From positions 1 through 64,000 of the forward strand of contig JAUCBJ010002218.1 of assembly GCA_032718475.1 (NCBI GenBank): a stretch of 64,000 nucleotides of DNA. Reading direction: 5' to 3'. Under the pieces are notes generated by a model. It worked only from the letters and a program-made list of their open reading frames with translations. It had not been told where the DNA came from and ran no database searches. The position numbers and the translations under genes are program-made. This document shows positions 55,023 to 64,000 of the stretch, one piece after another; within the stretch, counting starts at the first letter, position 1, and every line of letters starts with the position of its first letter. Source of the DNA: Nemertoderma westbladi. Its lineage: Eukaryota > Animalia > Xenacoelomorpha.

Positions 55023-56700
55023 CAGCGTCTGGAGTGGGTGTGTGACTATATTATTTTATATTTGTTTTTATTATTTTATATTTATGTATGTATTATTATG
55101 TAATTTTATTATAATCGTTTTCTTTAATTTTATTTAGTAGAATGTTATTTTAGCAATTATCTAGTAGACTAGTGCAATATATTAGTCTTATTACTTAATT
55201 ACTTATATATTATATATTTAGTGCGACGGCGAGAAATAATTCTTTTTCTCTTTCCTTACTGTCCGTATCATATTATAAATACGTGACTACAGTAAGATGA
55301 AATATCCGTACTTATTAAAGTACAATAAAGCTCTTACTATATTCAAGTATTATTGGTAAGTAGAGTATTAGGAATGCAAAATTCAGATCCTCGTGTCTCG
55401 GCTAAACCAAGCTCTGGGTAGACCTTGGAAACGACTTGCTTCTTCTCACTGACATTGCTTCTTGCGATATTGCTCTCATACCGTATATTAAATAATACAT
55501 ATAGTAGCGTGATGTCCCTTTAACAGTAGCGTAAAACGCAAAATAAATCTGTTAAACCCTTTGACCATCTGTAATTCTAGTCGATTAAGATATCGCGGCA
55601 CCCACCGATATACTTGAAAGACAAAATTCTAGAATCAGTGGTTAACGTCCCCAGACAAGTTCTGGAATAAACCGGTGCCCATCTTAAATATTAACTATTA
55701 ATATTTATAAAATCTGTCAAACAAATACAATAGAGTAATTACTTACAAGTTAACTCTAGAAAATCTATAAATTAAAATCTGTAAAATTTTAGATCCTTTA
55801 AAATTCTAGTCGATTAAGATATCGCTGCACCTACCGATACACTTAAAAGGACAAATTTCCTAGAATTAAGGATTCTAGTCCCCAGACATGCCCTGGAATA
55901 AAACTATGTCTGTTTCAAGGATAAATAATAAAATTTACGGGAATAAATTTAAATTCATCTCTTTTAATGAATTTGATAAATTGTCATTTTTATACAATTT
56001 ATAACATTCCCAAAATTCCATTAATTAATAGATCATGGAAGCGGAGATTCACCCTATTAAGTGTATTAGTGTGCGAGAATCTCCAATATATAGTCAATAG
56101 CCGATAAAATTCATAAAATCATGTATAAAGAGGAATATTGACAATTAAAGAATTACTATTAAATAGCATCCCAGATCTGTATGCATGAGAATTACCCTAA
56201 TTCTACTGCTAGTTTTCCATAATGTCACCATGGCAACAACCACGCTAGAATTAGAAGTGAGTTAAAAGAACAATAAAGCGTGCCCCATTGAATAGCATAA
56301 GGAATAATAGCACACTGCTAGTATCCAAGGATACATAATAATAACGTGGCATTCTGGAAGGCACTTGACTAAAGGACAAATGGCCCGAATGTGTGCGGTT
56401 CGTGACAGTTGTGTGGAATTTGTGCGTTTATAGGTGAATGTTACTACTAAAGTGTGTTTACAGTAGCGAGTCGCAATTGTGAAAGTAACCCTAACTCTGC
56501 AGTAAGAACCTGAAGTAAATCTAAGCCCTTGGGACGGACAGTGGAGTGACTCGCGCTGGTTGTTATTGTCGTTGTGCAGCTACTATGTTGGCGATAGGTA
56601 CAGCGGCGACAGTACATCAGCGCTGAGGATCTTGCACTGTCCGGGGGCCGTGAGGGGTATGCAGCGACGCCCGCTAGCCTAATTATAAACTGACTGAGCT

Positions 56701-58243
56701 ATGACTGAGTTGATAGAAGATGATCTTGGTATCAGGGAGCGATATACTCTACCTTTACAAGCGTTTGTTGATAGCTTGATACGCGGCGACGCTAGTCCAA
56801 CTACTACGGAGGACGATGGTCGTTATATCGAACCGCCGATGTCCCAGGAGCAACTTACGCGTGAATTGGACTATAGAAAATTCACCGCTCGCTATACGCA
56901 TCGTAATGGTACGTATATGGACTTCTTAACTACTGGCCATCCTATCGATTTACATGATACGGACTATGTCGACACCAAAAGGGAAATGGTACTATTTAAA
57001 TATCCTACCCAGCGGAGTCGGACCGATAAACTGAAAATCGAATGCGAAAATTCTATTCGAAATCGACTTGAAAGAGAAGACTTTAAAGAACCGGATAAAC
57101 GCGGTAACTCCAACGTATATTTGGAATTCTTGAGAGAAACATTGTAAAACCGAATAAATATCACCCGCGTTTCCCCTACAAGACGTGCGTCTTTGGTATT
57201 ATTGCGATGAATGCCCAAGACCCAACCAACAAACGGAAAGATATAAACATCCGCGGAGACGTTGCTTTAAACACGGTTTTACTCGCTATATTTACGGGAG
57301 TTTCGAGCGAAACTTGTTCGATGTATCACCTACGCTCGTTTGATTCAAACGATCCTTAAATAAACCTATGATCAGAGTTCCGGAATACTCGGTCAGACCT
57401 CCTCATTCCCTAGTTAGACCTCAGACTCTTGATCCTAATAGTATCACGGATCCTCCCGAACTGTACTCACTGTTCAAAGATCTAGTGTTACCCGAACAGT
57501 TAGTCGGTGGCACTCCGGTTGTGGGCTCCCTAAATATTCGCCCATCTTACCTAGCCGGATTGGGACGCGGACATCTAATATCGCCATTCAACCGTATCAT
57601 TTAACCCGATACAACCTGTCACTGAGGTGGAGGAGAGAGTTGTACGAAACGCGTTGGTCACTATTCGTCAAAAGATCGGAAAAGGAACCTACAATTGTTT
57701 AGAGAAACGTAAATTGCAGCAGCAACTCCAAGCGGTAAACGAATTAGCTTTATCTCAGTTCGATCAGGAAATCCAGAATCTCTAAGAAGATATTGAACTT
57801 GGACGACTCTACTTTCTGCAAGAGTTTTGGACGAATGCTTTCAATGACAAGCGGAGGAAAATCAGCTCGAGGAGAAGCATATCGATCCCGATAGAGCCCG
57901 AGAACGCGAGTTGGAAAGAATCATCAAACCGAGGGAATTTCTCACTACACACGGTCCACCTACCGCTCTCGTGCAAATGACCCGTCAGGCACCAGTAAGA
58001 GCTGCTGTCTTAAAACGCGCTCTCAAGGTTGTTCGACCTCGTTCCACTGAGGTTGATACCAATCAACCGGGTACCTCGACCGGCGGATACACCGACAGTA
58101 ACCCTAAACCTTCCGATGCAATTGTATTGCACCCTTCACCCAGGAGTTATAGCCCTCCTAGTAAAGTGGCTCGCCCCAAAGAGAAAAGGACTCTTGCTAG
58201 CCTCAAAAAACTGTGTAAACGCCGTCCACGCAAGAAAGACTAA
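56701..58243 (+). pseudogene. Unknown accessory ORF region inside the BEL element (fragments 56701-57147, 57368-57604, 57911-58243)
   Basis: ATG-initiated, higher-GC, protein-like fragments between the pol remnant and the PPT; no domain recognised; basic C-terminus KKLCKRRPRKKD. Confidence 0.45.
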
Positions 58244-58322
58244 CTGTTTAGAGTATTTTTATATTTTAGAAACTGTGATTTTTTTATATTTTATAGAATT
58301 AAATCCCATTTTCTGGGAGCAG

Positions 58323-59439
58323 TGTAAAGGCTTTTGCGGATCTAGCTAGTCATTTTCCCCGCAAAGTACTCTGTAGGTGTTTTAGTGGACATAAAAAGCC
58401 ATTTTTCTGTATGTGTACTTTAGCGGACATAACTAGCGATTTTATGCCGCAATACGCCAAAATACTCTGCAGTGTAGTTCAGATGACGACATCTATCAGC
58501 TGATATGTCCATGTAGAGCTTTCTTTATTCTTTGTTCGGCTCGACCAATCAGAGCGATTTTCATTTTATTTGCACAGAAGCCTCCGGGAAATCGCGCAAT
58601 GCATTATGGTCTTTGTTTACCTTTTTTCCTGAGCCCAGAACATCGGCTGTGGAATTATTCTGTGTTTCAGACTTTAGCCAAACATTAGAACGGCTTTGAT
58701 CATAGAAACGTATAACTGTTATCAGCCCATATCATACTATACATACCTTTCACCGCATTATTTTACTGCTATTTACTGTCGGTTATTAATTGTTATCAGT
58801 TAATGGAATGTTGTTATATTTGGAGAATATCGATAAATAATCAGAAAACCCCAATCTTCTTGATATACTGAAGGTTAGAGAGACCGGTTACATATAGCAA
58901 TTGCGACTTACATTATAGTGGTTTTGGAGTGAATTGAATGCTATTTCATAGGCCCTACATGTGTCAGTTGCTGTTCTCTTTATATATGACTAAAATTAGT
59001 GAAGGTCGGCAGATCGGTGTGCAGCATTGTGCGGTAGTGTGCATGAGTGTGATAGATAACAAAGCATTTCCTAAAGAATGCGCTTTATACGTGAATCATT
59101 AGCCATCCCGTTGTGTTTAGTATAAGTCATAACTCTGTTTACATACTTAGAGCGCCACGTCCTAAAGGAACTGTTAAAATATTTCCCGAAAGTGAATAAT
59201 ATTTGTCAGAGATTATATATTAACGATCAATCGAATAGTACAGTAGGCCTACACCGCAATAAGGTCAGAGCATCCGAATCCAGTCTCCCTTAACCGTGGG
59301 TGAATGATCGCGCATAGGCTGGCTTCGGCTAATGTAACTTATGTGTATCAAATATTTGTTATAGGCTAAAGTCGATTTATAACCTAGAAGACACCTAAAT
59401 TTGGCAGGTTAAACTGCTAAAGGTCTAAAAGCGCGAACA
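58323..59439 (+). repeat. 3' LTR
   Basis: tgtaaaggcttttgcgg...gcgcgaaca followed by TSD atgta. Confidence 0.93.
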
Positions 59440-59467
59440 ATGTAATTTGAATTTACCTCTCTTTTAT

Positions 59468-59692
59468 GGGTGTAAACGCTACGCCGACAACCGACAGCCG
59501 ACAACCACTGCCGACAACAACAAATATGAAAATGTAACCTGAGTTCGTAACTCTCGTTTATTGTTTTGGTTAGAATAACCTTCCACTGTAACCTGTTCCT
59601 TTCCTTAAATTAATAAATAACATTAATTAGCTTTAATATTGGCTGTCGGCGTTGGTTGTCGGTAGTCGGTTGTCGGTGTAGCGTTTACACCC
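59468..59692. mobile_element. MULE-like MITE
   Basis: TIRs gggtgtaaacgctacgccgacaaccgac / gtcggttgtcggtgtagcgtttacaccc; 9-bp TSD ctcttttat/ctctttcat. Confidence 0.85.
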
Positions 59693-60207
59693 CTCTTTCA
59701 TAAAGGCTCTAGTTCGATTCATTCATTATTATTTGATGCGTGCGGAAAAATTTAACTACGCGAAACGGCATTCCATCGCATACGAGTAGGCTACACCTAC
59801 GCGGAAAAGTCAAACCCCGTAAATTTCGACTCGACTCGCAGGGCAGAAGTCTAGAAATGAGATACTGATCTGAACCTCGATCAAACTCGACTAATCAATC
59901 TAAAGCGAAATTTTCCAATTATCTCTAAGAACATCATACGTTCCATCGTCTCTTCTCTACACACACTATGGGAGGGTCGAGGTAATAATAACTAACTATT
60001 CATAGAAACCAGACTACTGCATTTTCGGACCAAACTCAGCAATTGCGATGAGTAATAGAAGAATTTTGCTTTGTGGGTTTTACAATGACGGAATCATGCG
60101 ATAGCGATACATCCGTGAGTACCGGTTTGGGAAGGTAACTCATTCTGTTTTTTTTTCACAATAATAATTTTACTACACTACTAGTACTGTACTACTTCAC
60201 TGAGACA

Positions 60208-60438
60208 GGGGTTGAAACTGGACGCAAAACCCGCCTTGGCGAATTAATATCCCGCCTCAATGTTAAATTCTCAATTTAGGGGAAGGAGCAGGTTACAGTG
60301 GCACGTTATTTTAACCAAAACAATAAACTAAGCACAATAGAACAGGTTACAGTTTTATTTTTGAGAATAATCATCTGTTATTTGCGTCGAATTTCTCCTG
60401 GAGAGGGATGAATTTTTATTGCGTCCAGTTTCTCCCCC
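60208..60438. mobile_element. MITE
   Basis: TIRs ggggttgaaactggacgcaa / ttgcgtccagtttctcccc; internal core shared with 59468-59692. Confidence 0.6.
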
Positions 60439-60650
60439 CCCCCCCCCCCCCCCCCCTCCCCTCCTATCTGATAATTTTACTACACTACTAGTACTACTTC
60501 AGCTGTACTTCACTAGGCCTACTGTAGGAAAGTAGTCATAGTTACGCCTGCAGCATAGTTTATACTGATATTGTATTGTATGTATGTACAGTATACCGGT
60601 AGTCCTAGCCTAGCAGTTAGCAGGTTAGTATTGCTGTTCATCAGTTTCCT

Positions 60651-60935
60651 ATGAATCCCTTATTCAGATTACTTCTGAGATTGATTTCTGAACCTACTAT
60701 TAGACGTGGATTCTTCCAGATTGCTAAAGGAATTAACAACTCTCAACCAGTAACGGCCTTGAAGAGGAGGACAGGGGACCAAGTTGTTCGCTTTGCTTCC
60801 AAAGAACGACAACCAATACCTAATTTGTATGGGGCTCCAATAACCAGATCGACCCTAAAACTTAAGGAGAATTTCCGAGACTGGCTTCGGAATAAACTAT
60901 TCCCTAAAGGGCCCCCTCCGCGTATAGAGGGTTAG
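60651..60935 (+). CDS. Putative 94-aa basic microprotein upstream of ACADSB
   Basis: ATG-initiated, non-repetitive ORF; amphipathic Arg/Leu-rich N-terminus; followed by a gtaagt donor at 61002. Confidence 0.45.
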   Translation: MNPLFRLLLRLISEPTIRRGFFQIAKGINNSQPVTALKRRTGDQVVRFASKERQPIPNLYGAPITRSTLKLKENFRDWLRNKLFPKGPPPRIEG

Positions 60936-61331
60936 TGGCTGAGTGGATCTCTATCGTGAATCTCCGACTCTGGCGAGTGGAGCTAATTACTGAATTAATT
61001 TGTAAGTTTGATATTTAGTTGCAAAAGCGAAATTGTTAATTACAGGACTGTCCTCTAGGACTCCTATATCATTACTGCATTATACCGGTACGTGTACTCC
61101 ATACTGAATGAAAAGGCCTGTGATTAAAACAGGAGGCACAAGGACGTTTCAATTTCGAACTATTGCGCCGCTCTTCTCCCAGAATGTGGTTGTAGTTTAT
61201 AGTCAGACAGTAGGCTAGGCCTACTACAGTAATATGTAATGACTAATGAGATCGATTATATTACCCAATAGTCATTTAATGATGCGACCACTATGATTAA
61301 ATTAGGATTATAATCATATTGTTTCAGGACA

Positions 61332-62649
61332 ATGTTGGCCGTCCGTATCTTAGTATCGGGGAGGCGTTTGAGTGACCTATCGTACCGACACAATGTTACT
61401 CCGTTAACCCGAAGCCAGTACAGCTACTCTACTGAATCCAACACCGGATCCCCTATTCAGGTTTCTGTGGAACTTTAATAATAATCGGATCCGATAAAGA
61501 TTGGCCAGGTAGAACGCGAACACTTTTTTTTTCTACACCAGTGTCCCGTATGGAATAGACATGCCTATCTCTATTTCATATTCTTTATATTAAAATGCCC
61601 TATATTATATGAGAGAAGGACGGATGCAAAAATACATGAATAGGTACCAAAACCTTCGCTACCCAATCGCTGGTCGAATATTCCATTCCATCATTGTGGC
61701 TTTTTCTTGCTCCCCAAACTGTGAATTTTATTGGTAATTTTAATTAGTAATTTTCGTTTAAACAACTTATAATTATTTAATTTTTTGTTCTCAGGTTTTC
61801 ACCGAGGACGAGACAATTCTCCGTTCCACTGTGCGGCGATTCGCGGAGGACCGAATCCGTCCGTTGGTTCGATCTATGGACGAGAGTTCGACGATGGACC
61901 GCGGACTCCAGCAGGAGATGTTCGACGCGGGGTTGATGGCCATCGAGGTGGACCCAGTGTACTCGGGTGCCGGTATGAGTTTCAGTTCGGCTCTACTCGC
62001 CATAGAGGAGGTCTCCCGAGTGGACCCCAGTGTGGCCGTGGGGATGGACATACAGAATACTTTGTGTTGCGCTTTGATGACCAAATACGCGTCGCAACAG
62101 TTGAAAGATTCATACCTACCGAAACTCGCTACTCAGTATGTGAGTTTGAGTTTAGCATATATTTTTGTTCGCACATATTTGAGAGCGTTCAGTTTGTTTG
62201 TGTTCGTATATATTTGAGTGCGTTCAGTTTATTTATATTGCAGTTGAGCGCGTTCGCATTATCCGAAGCTACATCGGGTAGCGACGCGTTTGCGTTGAAG
62301 ACAACGGCGACCCTGGACGGGGACAATTACATCATTAACGGCTCCAAGATGTGGATATCGAACGCAGGATACGCCGGTGTATTTTTTGTGTTCGCCAACG
62401 CCAATCCATCCCAGGTATATCCCATACCCTCACTATCGGTTTAACCACGTAATGCAACCCCGTTACATTCCCTATTCTGCTCTGCGTGAAGTATAATATA
62501 TAGTACAGCTGTTTTATTTGTAGGACTACAAAGGGATTACTTGCTTCCTCATAGAGAAGGATAACCCTGGTTTATCAATCGGACCTCCTATCGATAAATT
62601 GGGACTGAAATCCTCGTCAACCTGCCCTTTGTTCTTTGATAATTGTAAG
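61332..62649 (+). CDS. ACADSB: Short/branched-chain acyl-CoA dehydrogenase, first four coding exons (3' partial)
   Basis: Exons 61332-61460 (mitochondrial presequence-like), 61795-62139, 62244-62414, 62524-62649, all phase 0; [69 protein letters not shown]. Confidence 0.92.
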
Positions 62650-63367
62650 GTGAGTGACCAGCTGACCATAATGTGAGTGACCAGCTGACCATAATGTGAG
62701 TGACCAGCTGACCATAATGTGAGTGACCAGCTGACCATAATGTGAGTGACCAGCTGACCATAATGTGAGTGACCAGCTGACCATAAGGTGAGTGACCAGC
62801 TGACCATAACTTGAGTGATCAGCTGTCCATAAGGTGAGTGACCAGCTGACCATAAGGTGAGTGACCAGCTGACCATAAGGTGAGTGACCAGCTGACCATA
62901 ACTTGAGTGATCAGCTGACCATAAGGTGAGTGATCAGCTGACCATAACTTGAGTGATCAGCTGACCATAAGTTGAGTGACCAGCTGACCATAACTTGAGT
63001 GATCAGCTGACCATAAGGTGAGTGATCAGCTGACCATAAGGTGAGTGACCAGCTGACCATAACTTGAGTGATCAGCTGACCATAAGGTGAGTGACCAGCT
63101 GTCCATAAGGTGAGTGACCAGCTGACCATAATGTGAGTGACCATCTGTACATAAGGTGAGTGACCAGCTGACCATAAGGTGAGTGATCAGCTGACCATAA
63201 GGTGAGTGACCAGCTGACCATAAGGTGAGTGACCAGCTGACCATAACTTGAGTGATCAGCTGACCATAAGGTGAGTGACCAGCTGCCCATAAGGTGAGTG
63301 ACCAGCTGACCATAAGGTGAGTGACCAGCTGTCCATAACTTGAGTGATCAGCTGACCATAAGGTGAG
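62646..63367. repeat. 23-24-bp minisatellite built on a 5' splice site
   Basis: Unit taag|gtgagtgaccagctgacca, about 30 copies; first unit is the real ACADSB donor at 62650. Confidence 0.95.
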
Positions 63368-63615
63368 GGCTGGTACAAAAATATATTAAAAAGAAATTAA
63401 ATTTTCAAAACTTAACATTTACCGGTTAGGGCGTTTGGTTTATTTGTAACCGTCAAATTATATAACATTTTTCCATTATTCAGATAGGCCTATATGGGTG
63501 AATGCCAAACATATTGACCAATGTCCCGTACATAACAATGTGATACACAAAACTGTTGCAGATGGCCAACTGGAAATGATTATTTTTTTTATCAAACAAT
63601 TGATTTGAAAATTTA

Positions 63616-64000
63616 AGGGGGGGTAGCGCATTTTCTGACCAAAAAGACGAATTTTTGAAACATATCCTATCTGATGCAGAATTTCATGCTGAATCCAAAT
63701 ATGGAAACCGTTTTCCGATATCTTGCTTAGTTTTCGAGATATCTGGGATAGAAGATACTGGCTCCGATATATCGCGATATCGGTAAAGGCGATGAAGTTT
63801 GGGGTTTGCATTCAATTTCTGCAAATTTCTGTGCTCAGTGGTGCCAATTGGATGTCTCCACGAGAAAGAGCACAAAATTTTAATTGAGAAGGTATTTTTT
63901 TATGATTATTGGACCTACTGATCAGTTTATAAGACAACTTCAAGTCTCCGGAATGAAGACTGGACTCGAATAAGCGACTCTGCGGTCTTTGCGGGATTAC
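63616..64000. mobile_element. Left end of a Kolobok-like element (partial)
   Basis: ttaa-ggggggg start and internal atctgatgcagaattt...ttagttttcgag shared with 21989-22875. Confidence 0.5.

Larger units (their letters stand above)
46892..59439 (+). mobile_element. BEL/Pao LTR retrotransposon, internally deleted (gag-pro; no RT or integrase)
   Basis: LTRs 46892-48025 and 58323-59439 (TG..CA), 5-bp TSD ATGTA, PPT-like ctgggagcag before the 3' LTR, BEL-type gag and triple zinc knuckle. Confidence 0.93.
44836..59817. mobile_element. MULE-like DNA element hosting a nested LTR element and a MITE
   Basis: TIRs gggtttgacttttccgcgtaggtgtagc / gctacacctacgcggaaaagtcaaaccc; 9-bp TSD cgcaaattt/cgtaaattt. 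Confidence 0.8.

Overview
Eukaryotic (metazoan-type, intron-rich, AT-rich) genomic DNA, not prokaryotic. 168-28157 (+) holds 12 coding exons of a PIWI-clade Argonaute (about 874 aa reconstructed, start codon not seen in the window, DEDH catalytic residues intact). Its introns are inflated by minisatellites, a Chapaev-like element, MULE/Kolobok/Sola-like DNA elements, a solo LTR, LINE fragments and a palindromic tRNA-like pair. 32-43 kb is an RTE-like LINE split by an 8-copy 5S rDNA array. 45-60 kb is a MULE-like element carrying a nested 12.5-kb BEL/Pao LTR element with gag and protease, no RT or integrase, and an unknown 3' ORF. 61.3-62.6 kb holds the first four coding exons of ACADSB, preceded by a 94-aa ORF that may share its transcript. 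Most striking: three unrelated minisatellites in two genes each start exactly at an exon/intron junction and amplify that 5' splice site about 30-55 times. Also, the 5S array is an integer number of permuted units joined into the LINE through a 5-bp GCAGT microhomology, as expected from integration of a circular rDNA molecule. All coordinates and copy numbers were read by eye.
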